IMG/VR virus record: IMGVR_UViG_3300033141_004958
Direction: 5' to 3' (one strand)
DNA length: 64,000 nucleotides
Source: an uncultured virus (IMG/VR IMGVR_UViG_3300033141_004958)
Lineage: Duplodnaviria; Heunggongvirae; Uroviricota; Caudoviricetes
The notes under the pieces are model-generated. The model ran no database searches. It saw nothing but the letters and a program-made list of their open reading frames with translations, and was not told the DNA's origin. Shown here one piece after another: positions 19,333-29,200 of this stretch; the stretch's first letter is position 1, and every line of letters starts with the position of its first letter. Made by a program: the position numbers and the translations under genes.

Positions 19333-21993
19333 ATGTATGCTGACGTTTATTATGATCGACATAGTAGTTCCATAATGTATGTCGATAAATCAAAGGGTGG
19401 TTCTGAATATAAAGTAGAAGCATTTGTGCCAGATTTCTATGTCCCAACACATAGAGAGCCCTGCGCGTATGGGATATACGGTCAACCACTTGAACGCATA
19501 GCACCGCGCACATATCATGAATTTTTTGACCTAAAACAAAATTACGTGGATAAGAATATTTCGACGTTTGAAGCTACCATAGATCCAAGAACAAAATTTA
19601 TTCAGAAAACATATCCTGATAATAATGTAGAAAATCTTAAATTAAATTTGAATATTTGTTATTTGGATATTGAAACTGAGCAAGAAAAGGAATATGGATT
19701 CCCCAACCCCACCATTCCTCATGAGCGTGTATTATCAATATCGTTATTAATAGTAGAAGATAATATAGAACATGCTTATGTCTTGGGGTTGGATAGAGAG
19801 TATACGGGGCCCGGTAAGTTTAGCTACCAGCGATGCTCAACAGAAGTAGAGTTGTTTGAAAAATTAATAGCATTGCTTAACAGACACCAAGTTGATATAA
19901 TTACGGGATGGTATATAGAACTATTTGACATTCCGTATATTATTAATAGGATGGAGGTCTTAGAAAGCGGATTTTCGAAGAAATTATCACCGTTTGGTCG
20001 AATTAGTAAGCGAACCCGGAGTCTAAAATATAAAAAGGTTGTAAGTTATGAAATTGTAGGCCGTGTAGATCTGGATTATCTGCAAATATATAAAGTGTTT
20101 TGCCAGAGGGATCGTGAAAATTATACTCTCGATTATGTAGCGCAATATGAGTTGGATGAAAAGAAGGTACAGCATTCTTCATTGAAATCATTATACAGGA
20201 ATAATTGGAATAAGTTTATTGAATATAACTTTAGAGATGTGGAGCTTGTTAGGCATCTTGATGAAAAACTTGGATATATTAGTATTGTCGTACTTCTTGC
20301 ATATCTTTGTGGTATTCCCTTTAAATCAACGCTAACTACTATAGCAAAAGTAGATGGAGCATTATTAAAACATATTAAAACTAACTTTGATGAGAAAATA
20401 CGGCTTCCCGATGTCTATGATGCTGAAAATTTCAATGTATATGAGGGCGCCTTTGTTATGGAGCCGCAGCGTGGTATCTATGATTGGATGGCGGTTCTAG
20501 ATGTTGTTAGTCTGTATCCAAGCTTGATAATGCAATTTAATATATCTCCAGAGACGCATTTGCTCACAATCAAATCTCAGCATATTGTAGATGCAATTTT
20601 CAATAATAATTGGGATTTGTCATCATTAGAAAATACGGAGATAAAAGTAGAAGCCGCGAGAACCGGGGCGACATATACCACAGAGGCATTGCCTTTATTG
20701 CAGAAGATTAAAGAAAATTCAAATTATATTCTTCTCTCAAATGGTGCGGTATTTGAGCGAGATACCGATACCAATATTGGTATAGTTCCTTCGATGCTAA
20801 AAAGCTTTTTCGATTTACGCAGGCAAATAAAGGCAAAAGCCACTATTGCGCGAAGTAAAGAGGGCCCGGATAGCCCCGAATATATTCGGAATGATAAGTT
20901 ACAATATGCGTTAAAGATTTTTATTAATTCCGTTTATGGCGCTCTTGGTTCCTCATATTTTAGATTATATGACAGGGACGGGGCAGAGGCAGTTACAACG
21001 ACAGGTAAGTTTTTCCTACAACATTCAATACAATCAATTAATACATTTTATACACAAAAATGGCCCAATGTTGCGCGCAAACATACACAGACGGATGTCA
21101 CTATATCACCAAAAGAAAAAATCGTTAAATATGCTGATACGGATGGAGTATGTATCCATATAGGGGCATTACTAAAGTCCTTGGTTGGAGACATAACGCT
21201 AAGTACTCAAGCGCAATTTAACTATGTATCAAAATTAGTGCCCCTTATAGAATCCGTTATAAACACAAGCGTTAAGACATGTTTATTTAACCAATTTGGT
21301 ATAAACCAAGATGATTGTCATATTAAATTTGAGTATGATATATTAGCCAAAAGAATGCTTTTAATTCAAAAGAAGCGGTATGTTTTTATAGAAGTTGATA
21401 AAAACACTGGTAAAGAATTTGGTGATATAAAGCATTCTCTACGAGCAAAAGGAGTGGAAATTGTTCGCAGCTCTACTCCACATATTATTAGAGATGTCTT
21501 AAGGCAAATTTTCTATAAGCTTTTGGAAACACAAGACAGCAATGTTATTAATGATATGCTACTTGAAGTATATAAAAATTTTATGGCTATGTCTATAGAT
21601 GAGATCGCTTTTCCCAGAACGGTTAGTAATATTAATAAATTTTTGAGGAAATCGGATAAAATATATGGATGGAGAAAGGGCACGCCCATCCATGTTAAAG
21701 CAGCTATAGCATATAATAAGTTATTGTCATATTTTAGACTTGATACTAAATATGAAAAACTTTATGATGGTGACAAGATGAAATTTGTTTATCTTACGCC
21801 AAACAACCCATTTCGAATATCAGTATTGGGGTTCAAAGATAATTTTCCATCCGAATTTGGTTTAGATGCATATGTTGATTATAAAACAATGTTTGATAAA
21901 ATTATAATTTCACCACTAGAGCATGTATATTCAATATTACATTGGGGAGCGGTTCCCAGGTTTGATGAAGTTCGATTGGATAACTTATTCTAA
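19333..21993 (+). CDS. gp43: DNA polymerase, family B (gp43)
   Basis: ExoI DIETE, ExoII GWYIELFDIPY, ExoIII YNFRDV, DVVSLYPS, KIFINSVYG, YADTDG, KKRY; start moved to the ATG after AAGGA. Confidence 0.97.
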   Translation: MYADVYYDRHSSSIMYVDKSKGGSEYKVEAFVPDFYVPTHREPCAYGIYGQPLERIAPRTYHEFFDLKQNYVDKNISTFEATIDPRTKFIQKTYPDNNVENLKLNLNICYLDIETEQEKEYGFPNPTIPHERVLSISLLIVEDNIEHAYVLGLDREYTGPGKFSYQRCSTEVELFEKLIALLNRHQVDIITGWYIELFDIPYIINRMEVLESGFSKKLSPFGRISKRTRSLKYKKVVSYEIVGRVDLDYLQIYKVFCQRDRENYTLDYVAQYELDEKKVQHSSLKSLYRNNWNKFIEYNFRDVELVRHLDEKLGYISIVVLLAYLCGIPFKSTLTTIAKVDGALLKHIKTNFDEKIRLPDVYDAENFNVYEGAFVMEPQRGIYDWMAVLDVVSLYPSLIMQFNISPETHLLTIKSQHIVDAIFNNNWDLSSLENTEIKVEAARTGATYTTEALPLLQKIKENSNYILLSNGAVFERDTDTNIGIVPSMLKSFFDLRRQIKAKATIARSKEGPDSPEYIRNDKLQYALKIFINSVYGALGSSYFRLYDRDGAEAVTTTGKFFLQHSIQSINTFYTQKWPNVARKHTQTDVTISPKEKIVKYADTDGVCIHIGALLKSLVGDITLSTQAQFNYVSKLVPLIESVINTSVKTCLFNQFGINQDDCHIKFEYDILAKRMLLIQKKRYVFIEVDKNTGKEFGDIKHSLRAKGVEIVRSSTPHIIRDVLRQIFYKLLETQDSNVINDMLLEVYKNFMAMSIDEIAFPRTVSNINKFLRKSDKIYGWRKGTPIHVKAAIAYNKLLSYFRLDTKYEKLYDGDKMKFVYLTPNNPFRISVLGFKDNFPSEFGLDAYVDYKTMFDKIIISPLEHVYSILHWGAVPRFDEVRLDNLF

Positions 21994-22006
21994 GGAGAAT
22001 ATCTAC

Positions 22007-23005
22007 ATGGAGGATATATTTGATACCTTAAATAGTCTTGGCTATGGTGAGAAAGTTACAAAAGAGCAAGTTCCTCGTATTTCTACAGGAATATATGCGC
22101 TCAATAAAATAATTTCGGGGTCGATTTATGCCGGCATCCGCGGCGATAAAATGCTGGCGTTAGCTGGGCCAAGCAATTCAGGTAAGAGCTATGTGCTTGC
22201 TAACTTAGTTCGAGAAGCCCAGGCATCTGGCCTTCTTCCAATATTATTCGACTCTGAAAGTGCTGTAGATGGTGAGTATTATGAGCGGATTGGTGTAGAT
22301 CTGGATAAATTATATCGAGTCCCCGTTATGACAGTGGAAGAGATAAAGTTTCGATTTGTGGAAATAGTTGATGCAATAATGGAAAAGCATCCTGGGGTTA
22401 AGCTATTTGTGGGACTTGATAGCCTTGGTAACATGCCATCAAGCAAAGAGATATCTGACTCTGTTAGCGGCAATCCTGCAGGAGATATGGGTACACGTGC
22501 TAAGGCAATAAATAGTTTATTTAGAGTAATTGGGGCATATATGGGAAAGTATAAATTTCCGTTTGTATTTATAAATCATGTCTATATGGATCCATCATCG
22601 ATGTCATCTCGGGGCATAATGTCAGGGGGCATGCGACCGATATATAATAGTTGGGTGATATTATATTTTACGCGCAAAAATTTAAAGCGGGGATCGGATA
22701 GAGTTGGGTTGACAATGAAAATAGTCGCAACAAAAAATCGTGATGTACCGGAAGAGCAACCAGTCGAAATTGAAGTAAACTTTAAAAATGGTATAAGTCC
22801 ATATTCGGGATTACTCGACGATGCTAAGCGATTTGGATTAATAAAAGCGCATGGAGCATGGTACACAAATATTAAAGAAGAAAAGAAGTATAGACGCGAT
22901 GATCCGGAATTGTGGTTGCCTATTATAGATGAGTTAGATAAAAAGCTCCGAGCGGAAAACCAATATAGTATTACGAATATTGATAATATAACGGATGGTG
23001 AATGA
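22007..23005 (+). CDS. uvsX: UvsX RecA-like recombinase
   Basis: ALNKIISG, AGPSNSGKS, FDSE, LDSLGN, DMGTRAK, INHVY; AAGGAG RBS before ATG 22007. Confidence 0.95.
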   Translation: MEDIFDTLNSLGYGEKVTKEQVPRISTGIYALNKIISGSIYAGIRGDKMLALAGPSNSGKSYVLANLVREAQASGLLPILFDSESAVDGEYYERIGVDLDKLYRVPVMTVEEIKFRFVEIVDAIMEKHPGVKLFVGLDSLGNMPSSKEISDSVSGNPAGDMGTRAKAINSLFRVIGAYMGKYKFPFVFINHVYMDPSSMSSRGIMSGGMRPIYNSWVILYFTRKNLKRGSDRVGLTMKIVATKNRDVPEEQPVEIEVNFKNGISPYSGLLDDAKRFGLIKAHGAWYTNIKEEKKYRRDDPELWLPIIDELDKKLRAENQYSITNIDNITDGE

Positions 23006-24384
23006 TGCCAGATTCCCTTGAGGAATTTGAATTTGATACTGATTTTGAAATTTTAATATTGGCTGGGGTGCTAAGGCATTCCAGATACTCTAAGCGTGTT
23101 ATTTCGAAGTTAAAAAATACATACTTCGAAAATGTTAATATTGGTAGATTGGTAGAAATAATTCGAGATTACGTCGATGAATATAGCAAGCTACCACAAG
23201 CTAAAATGTTAGTAGTAATGCTGAAGAATGCCTTTGATAATGAGCAACTTCTCAAGGAGCATTTTCAAGTCTTACATGAAGCAATGACCGTGGATTTTAA
23301 TTTTGATAATGGATTTGATTGGCTCTTAAATAAAACAGAAAAATTTATACAGCTATCCGCACTAAAATTGGCTATTATCAAAAGCTTTGATTATATAGAA
23401 AAGGGCAAATTAACTGCCATAGAACCCGAGATTAGAGATGCACTCTCGATAACATTTGATGAGAATATCGGAATACATTATTTCAATGATGTAGTGACTC
23501 GGTATGAAAAGAAGCATGAAACAGAGCGAGTTATTCCGACGGGTTTGATAAATCTTGATAAGATAATCCGAGGCGGTTGGCATGAAAAAAGTTTGGCTGT
23601 TATTACTGGGGCGACAAGTGCAGGGAAAACTTTGATTATGCATAATTTTGCAACTGCTGTTGCATTGAAAGGATTTGATGTAGTGTATCTTTCCCTGGAG
23701 TTATCGGAAGATGAACTAAGCCAGAGAATCGATGGTCGAGTCGCGAATATTGCTATCAAAAATTTAATAGATTGCGAGGAACAGGTTATACAGCGCATTA
23801 TGTCTCGTGGAAAACATGCTGGTAATTTTGTCATAAAGGAATTTCCACCAGGATGCCTGACAACAACTGATATCGATGGTTATTTAGCGGACTTGGAACT
23901 TAAGGCTGGTTTTAGGCCGGATTTAATTTTTGTGGATTATATTGGTTTGATGTTGCCTTCACGACCCACAAAATATTCTAATAGTTATTTTGATATGAAG
24001 CGAGTAGCGGAAGAGTTACGTGGGTTATCGGTCCGATATAAAGTGCCAATAATAACGGCAAATCAAGTTAATCGTGGTGGTTATGGTGGAGATATCCGCC
24101 TCGAGCATGCAAGTGATAGCATGGGAATTCCAATGACTGCGGATATTGTAATTTCGGTATTTGAAGATGATGACAATGATGATATAATTATAGGCAATGT
24201 TAATAAAAATCGTTTTGGTAGAAAGGGGAAGCATTTCAAAATGTTAGTAGACTGGGATACGTTAACAATTGTTGATGCTGATGACGATATTTCGGTGTCG
24301 GAAAAGCAGATTACTGATAAGGTGCATAAGTTACTAAGCACCGGGACGCCATCGAGAAAAACTATTGATGAGGAAATTATATAA
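23002..24384 (+). CDS. gp41: Replicative DNA helicase gp41 (DnaB-like)
   Basis: IPTG, GATSAGKT, LELSE, KEFPP, VDYIGLM, TANQVNRGG, SDSMG, KNRFG. Confidence 0.95.
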   Translation: MMPDSLEEFEFDTDFEILILAGVLRHSRYSKRVISKLKNTYFENVNIGRLVEIIRDYVDEYSKLPQAKMLVVMLKNAFDNEQLLKEHFQVLHEAMTVDFNFDNGFDWLLNKTEKFIQLSALKLAIIKSFDYIEKGKLTAIEPEIRDALSITFDENIGIHYFNDVVTRYEKKHETERVIPTGLINLDKIIRGGWHEKSLAVITGATSAGKTLIMHNFATAVALKGFDVVYLSLELSEDELSQRIDGRVANIAIKNLIDCEEQVIQRIMSRGKHAGNFVIKEFPPGCLTTTDIDGYLADLELKAGFRPDLIFVDYIGLMLPSRPTKYSNSYFDMKRVAEELRGLSVRYKVPIITANQVNRGGYGGDIRLEHASDSMGIPMTADIVISVFEDDDNDDIIIGNVNKNRFGRKGKHFKMLVDWDTLTIVDADDDISVSEKQITDKVHKLLSTGTPSRKTIDEEII

Positions 24385-24680
24385 TGACTAATGAAAGAAG
24401 TCCATTGAAAAAAATGGTGATAAGCGAAATCGCAGAGAGATTTAATACGACACCATCAACGGTATCGCTAACAATTTCGGCTGGTATAAATCATATGGTT
24501 GAAAAATTAATGTCGGAGTTTGATATTTTCGATATTGTAATTGCGTTGGCGTTATATTTAGGAACCGACGTCGAAAAGATATATAAGAAGTTAGATAATG
24601 AAAAGAAACGTTTACTTCGAATAGAAGCAACGAAAATCTTTGGACTCGATGATGATGCGGGAGATGGAGATCTATTTTAA
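24384..24680 (+). CDS. gp33: Probable late-transcription coactivator gp33
   Basis: Small helical protein with L..E.K..LRIEA pattern; gp33-gp59-gp32 order as in T4. Confidence 0.55.
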   Translation: MTNERSPLKKMVISEIAERFNTTPSTVSLTISAGINHMVEKLMSEFDIFDIVIALALYLGTDVEKIYKKLDNEKKRLLRIEATKIFGLDDDAGDGDLF

Positions 24681-25312
24681 TGACGGTTTACGATGTATAT
24701 GTTGCTTATTATCAGGCTCGGTGGCAAACTGGCCGAGTTCCATCTGTTGATGCGTTCAATAATAGAGCGGATAGGTCAATATTTAGTCGATTATATTATA
24801 AATGTTTAAAAAACAACATAAATACACCAGAAAAACTTCGAAGATTTTTTGGGCGAATTGCTAATGATATAAGATCGGATGAGACTGCTAATTGGTATCC
24901 AAGAAAGTTCTTATCAGATGAATACTTTAAGAAGCAAAATGAACATACATCGCTCCAAACCCTCAACAAAAAATATTATAATCTCCTTAGAAAATCGCAA
25001 AGATTTATCAATGAATATATTATAATTAATAACATATCTATACGAGAATATTTTGCCCCACCATCGCGGGTGAGGTTGCCGGATTTTGTTTATCACTATA
25101 AGCAAGGGCATATAATGGAAGAATTTATAGTGTGGTATGGCGGGTTAGATACTGCACGCAGTATTCCTATAGCAAAGCAATTATTAAAACCACTTTTTAA
25201 AAAGGAGTCTATTATTATTGACCGGATAGAGACCGATCCTCAAATAAAAGATATAGTAGATAGCTTTAATAAAAGCAGAGTACATATCGTACAGGAGGTG
25301 CAAAATGGTTAA
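24680..25312 (+). CDS. gp59: Probable helicase loader gp59
   Basis: N-terminal MTVYDVYVAY...AFNNRADRSIFSRL resembles gp59; directly before gp32. Confidence 0.6.
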   Translation: MTVYDVYVAYYQARWQTGRVPSVDAFNNRADRSIFSRLYYKCLKNNINTPEKLRRFFGRIANDIRSDETANWYPRKFLSDEYFKKQNEHTSLQTLNKKYYNLLRKSQRFINEYIIINNISIREYFAPPSRVRLPDFVYHYKQGHIMEEFIVWYGGLDTARSIPIAKQLLKPLFKKESIIIDRIETDPQIKDIVDSFNKSRVHIVQEVQNG

Positions 25313-26333
25313 GTCGTTTTTGGATAACTTTGATGTTCTTAAGGCCGACCTGAAAAAGCAAGCCGAAAAGAAGCAAGGGGCAACTGATGACCGAATGTGG
25401 AAGCCGGTTTTGCCTAAAGGCGAATCTCAAGTCGAATATCTAATACGGTTTTTGCCATATGACACTGGTATTGGAGGCTTTGAAAGCGGGCAACCATGGA
25501 TTCGCAGATTTGTGCATTTTATTCGAGCAAATCCATTGGATAAGCAAGGCCCGGTGATGTTTCAACTTTGTCCTAATACTTTTGACATGGAATGCCCAAT
25601 TTGCAATTATGCGCGGCGGCTGTATAATACTGGAAATCCCGTCGATGAGAAAAAAGCAGGGGCTTGGTATCGAAAACGTCGGTACGCTGCGAATATACTA
25701 ATTATAGATGATCCGGTTAACCCGGAAAATAATGGTAAGGTATTTATATATGAATTTGGCACAAAGATACACGACATATTAGTTGCTGCTATAAAAGATG
25801 ACTTGTGCTTCTTTGATTGGCTGGAAGGCCGCAATATGAAGTTGGTATTAGCAGAGGTTGGTGGGTTCAATAATTATGGCTCATCTCGGTTTGCTGTTAA
25901 TAATAGTGCGGTTGCGGATGGCGATGAGGAAGATATAGCAAAAATTGCGGATCAGCGCTATGATCTTATGAAGATTTTCTGTGATATTAACTCTCTTGAA
26001 GATTACTCTACCATTGAGCAAGCCTTTAATGCATTTATTGGAATATCTTCCGCGGAGGCCAATGTACAAAGGAAGCAAGATAAGCAAAACCAAAAAGATG
26101 ATGATGTGGTAGAAATACTTGAAAATGAGTTAGAGTCTCTGTTAACTAGAACGGGTGATAACACCGATGATAATAAAGCCACAGAAGGAATATCATCAGA
26201 GGTAGAGTCTGATGAGTTTGATAATAATGATGATAATGATGATAATGATGATGATAATGATAATGATGATGCATTTTCCATGGATATTGACGCCCTTGCC
26301 GCGGAAATTGAAAATATTGACCTAGATGATTAG
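25305..26333 (+). CDS. gp32: Single-stranded DNA-binding protein gp32
   Basis: DDRMWKP, IRFLP, CP..CPIC zinc site, DPVNPENNGKVF, NYGSSRF, acidic tail. Confidence 0.95.
   Translation: MVKSFLDNFDVLKADLKKQAEKKQGATDDRMWKPVLPKGESQVEYLIRFLPYDTGIGGFESGQPWIRRFVHFIRANPLDKQGPVMFQLCPNTFDMECPICNYARRLYNTGNPVDEKKAGAWYRKRRYAANILIIDDPVNPENNGKVFIYEFGTKIHDILVAAIKDDLCFFDWLEGRNMKLVLAEVGGFNNYGSSRFAVNNSAVADGDEEDIAKIADQRYDLMKIFCDINSLEDYSTIEQAFNAFIGISSAEANVQRKQDKQNQKDDDVVEILENELESLLTRTGDNTDDNKATEGISSEVESDEFDNNDDNDDNDDDNDNDDAFSMDIDALAAEIENIDLDD
26211..26270 (+). repeat. GAT/AAT low-complexity repeat encoding the Asp/Asn tail of gp32
   Basis: gataataatgatgataatgatgataatgatgatgataatgataatgatgat. Confidence 0.7.
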
Positions 26334-26345
26334 GATGGTTATATA

Positions 26346-27044
26346 ATGTCTGGTAACACTAAATGGAAATCTTTGCATGAAAAAATATTTAAGGCGGCAT
26401 GCAAATGTAGAGCATGTGACCTTTGCAAATTTCGCGCGCAAGTTGTACCGGGGACATATAATACATCTACGAATTCCAAACCCACTATAATGTTTATAGG
26501 GGAGGCCCCGGGGAAAAACGAAGATGCTCAGGGTCAACCTTTTTGTGGTCGCGCAGGTGAAATCCTCACAACCGTTCTTAAGGATGTAGATTTAATACCT
26601 AAGAGCGCAAGCAATTGGGCGGCCGCCACTAATTCTTCTATTTATATTACTAATGCTGTTAAATGCCGCCCTCCAAAAAATCGTACGCCACGAGATGAGG
26701 AAATTTTGCAGTGCTCTGCGTTTTTGCGAATGGAGTTCCAATTAATACGACCTAAGCTTGTTGTTTTGCTTGGAACAACGGCAGTGACCGCCATTAAATT
26801 AGCGTTTAATGCAGTAGGTAAATTTAAGCGGGATATACTTTACCGACATATAGACCTATCTTATAATGGAAAGAAAATAGGAAGATTTCCCATAATACAT
26901 ATTTATCATCCAGCATATGTATTGCGCAAAGGTGGTGCCTCAGAGGTCTTGTCGGTACCTTTAAACCAAGCACTCGTTGACTTAAACTTAAAACCCAATG
27001 ATATGAAGGGAGATGTTGAATGTCTACTGGAAAATCTGTTTTAG
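26346..27044 (+). CDS. Uracil-DNA glycosylase family 4 (Fe-S type)
   Basis: CRACDLC, IGEAPG, GQPFCGRAG, TNAVKCRPPKNRTP, YHPAY. Confidence 0.93.
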   Translation: MSGNTKWKSLHEKIFKAACKCRACDLCKFRAQVVPGTYNTSTNSKPTIMFIGEAPGKNEDAQGQPFCGRAGEILTTVLKDVDLIPKSASNWAAATNSSIYITNAVKCRPPKNRTPRDEEILQCSAFLRMEFQLIRPKLVVLLGTTAVTAIKLAFNAVGKFKRDILYRHIDLSYNGKKIGRFPIIHIYHPAYVLRKGGASEVLSVPLNQALVDLNLKPNDMKGDVECLLENLF

Positions 27045-27805
27045 ATTGGAAGGCTATATTTAAAGATGACAAAGCAATACAGAACTTTACTTATGCGCTT
27101 AGTTGGTTAGATAGTATTATAAGGGGCGCCGGTATAATCTTAAATATTACTAAGGATAAAATTTTCATAAATGCCAAAGATATAACCGGGACTGTATGGT
27201 GTCATGTTGGATTTGATCCTTCATTAATATTTGATATATACGAACTTAGCGGCAACGACATTTTGAAAATAGGGATTTATAAGCTTGGTGAATTTGCTAA
27301 TTTATTGCGGCTATTTGGAGGCAAAACTACTATTAGCTTTAAAGGAAATATGTTCTTGGTATCTGATAATAATAATGGTAGTGCGCTTAAATATCTTGCA
27401 TCGCATAAAAATATTATTGATGAAGGCAGAGATCCAGCCGATGTAAATCCTAAAAAAATTGGATGGTGGAGCGAACAATTTGTACTTGAAGATTCCATAA
27501 AATCTAAAATTGCGAGTAGTATGAATGCTATGGCATCAGATACGATAAATATTTGTTCCGAAGATGGAAATAGTGTAATATATGAAATTACCAGTGCGGG
27601 GGCCATGTCCAATATAATGCGAATCAACTCAGATACTCAATGTGGTGGCACTGGGCAAACGTGCTTTAAGACGTTGTCCATCCAAGATGTATTGAAAGCC
27701 GCATCTCACATGGAAGTTAGATTGGGAAGCAAGGGCGGTATGTTTGTAATAGAGTTATCGGAAATTTGCCATGTTAGAGTTCTAATTCCGGCGAGTATCC
27801 AATAG
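27020..27805 (+). CDS. gp45: Sliding clamp gp45
   Basis: GIYKLGEFANLL motif; directly upstream of gp44/gp62. Confidence 0.75.
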   Translation: MSTGKSVLDWKAIFKDDKAIQNFTYALSWLDSIIRGAGIILNITKDKIFINAKDITGTVWCHVGFDPSLIFDIYELSGNDILKIGIYKLGEFANLLRLFGGKTTISFKGNMFLVSDNNNGSALKYLASHKNIIDEGRDPADVNPKKIGWWSEQFVLEDSIKSKIASSMNAMASDTINICSEDGNSVIYEITSAGAMSNIMRINSDTQCGGTGQTCFKTLSIQDVLKAASHMEVRLGSKGGMFVIELSEICHVRVLIPASIQ

Positions 27806-27819
27806 AGATAGGAGCGACA

Positions 27820-28740
27820 ATGCAATCGATTGGAATATGGAATGAGAAATATCGGCCGATGTGTATAGATGATGTTGTGTGTAATGAAGCCCACAAGGCT
27901 CAATTTAAATCTTATATTCAATCGAGGACATTACCACATTTGCTATTCTCTGGAATCCAGGGGGCTGGGAAATCAACAACAGCAAAAATATTGGCAAATA
28001 ATATTACAAATGCCAGTCTCTATATTAATGCATCAGATGAGACAGGCATAGATGTTGTGCGAAATAAGATTAAAGACTTTGTCACGACCCAATCTCTTGA
28101 CGATATCCAGATTGTAATTCTAGATGAATTTGATTATTTTACCGTCCATGCACAAGCCGCGCTTAGAGATGTCATGGAGCGGTTTCATGGTAATTCTAGA
28201 TTCATATTAACTTGTAATTATATTCAGCGTGTCTTAGACCCGATAATATCGAGATGCCAGGTATATGAGTTTACTGGTGGAAGCAAACGTGATGTAGCCA
28301 AGCGATGTTTGCAAATTTTGAAATCTGAAAAGGTAGAGTATGAGGCTGCCAACGTTGCGGATATAATTTCGGCATATTTTCCAGATATTAGAAGCATTAT
28401 TAATGCATTACAGCAATTATCGGTACCAGATAAAACTGGGCGGCTTATTTTGCATCCACATAAAGAGATGCATGAGAAAACGGATAGGTTTATAGCATGG
28501 ATTAAAGGAAAAAATCTAACAGCAATTCGAACAGAATTGGCAAGCCGCAATTATAGTTATCCCGAGTTATATCGGTATATCTTTGACCACGTTTCTGATA
28601 TTGTTAGCGATAGACATAAGCAACTTGATATGTATGTGGTCATAGCCGAGTATATGTTTAGAAATTCTCAAGTAGTTGATCCGGAAATTAACTTTTCCGC
28701 GTGTATGATAGAAATCATGAGGATATTAGGTAATGAGTAA
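27820..28740 (+). CDS. gp44: Clamp loader large subunit gp44 (RFC-like AAA+)
   Basis: WNEKYRP, GIQGAGKST, NASDE, ILDEFD, FILTCN, ISRC, FPDIR. Confidence 0.96.
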   Translation: MQSIGIWNEKYRPMCIDDVVCNEAHKAQFKSYIQSRTLPHLLFSGIQGAGKSTTAKILANNITNASLYINASDETGIDVVRNKIKDFVTTQSLDDIQIVILDEFDYFTVHAQAALRDVMERFHGNSRFILTCNYIQRVLDPIISRCQVYEFTGGSKRDVAKRCLQILKSEKVEYEAANVADIISAYFPDIRSIINALQQLSVPDKTGRLILHPHKEMHEKTDRFIAWIKGKNLTAIRTELASRNYSYPELYRYIFDHVSDIVSDRHKQLDMYVVIAEYMFRNSQVVDPEINFSACMIEIMRILGNE

Positions 28741-29140
28741 GAAAAAAAATCCATTATTTGAGGTTTTGGATGATATAACGCGCCATAAGCGAGGCGATAA
28801 GGTAGAAGAAGTATCTTCAAACGCTGTTAGCCAATATATGTTGCTACGTTTTTTATCTATGGATGCGTCGTTGTTGAGTGTAGTATCGTTCCTTAATAAA
28901 TATCAGGGGCTTTTAACCGATGTCCAAATGTATCGGTTGTTGTTGGCTATAATCCCAAAATATCGACAGAAGAAGTATTTTAAGTACATTCGCCGATTTC
29001 ATGCCAAAGATGATAAATTGATAGAATTGTTGGCGAAGCATTTGCGAATATCGAATAGTAAGGCGCGAGAATATATGGATTTATTATCTACGGCTAAAAA
29101 AGAGGAAATTAGGCAGTGGTTTGGTGGAAAAATAGATTAA
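28733..29140 (+). CDS. gp62: Clamp loader small subunit gp62
   Basis: YMLLRFLSM, KYFKYI, AREYMDLL, C-terminal GG; follows gp44. Confidence 0.9.
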   Translation: MSKKKNPLFEVLDDITRHKRGDKVEEVSSNAVSQYMLLRFLSMDASLLSVVSFLNKYQGLLTDVQMYRLLLAIIPKYRQKKYFKYIRRFHAKDDKLIELLAKHLRISNSKAREYMDLLSTAKKEEIRQWFGGKID

Positions 29141-29145
29141 TTGAT

Positions 29146-29200
29146 ATGGAAAAATACCGCGGATATGGAATTATACGAAAGTAAAGTAAGAGGGGATTGA
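29146..29200 (+). pseudogene. Frameshifted remnant of the regA 5' end
   Basis: Removing one G gives MKNTADMELYESKVRG versus intact RegA MKNTEDIKLFESKARG at 30244. Confidence 0.75.
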
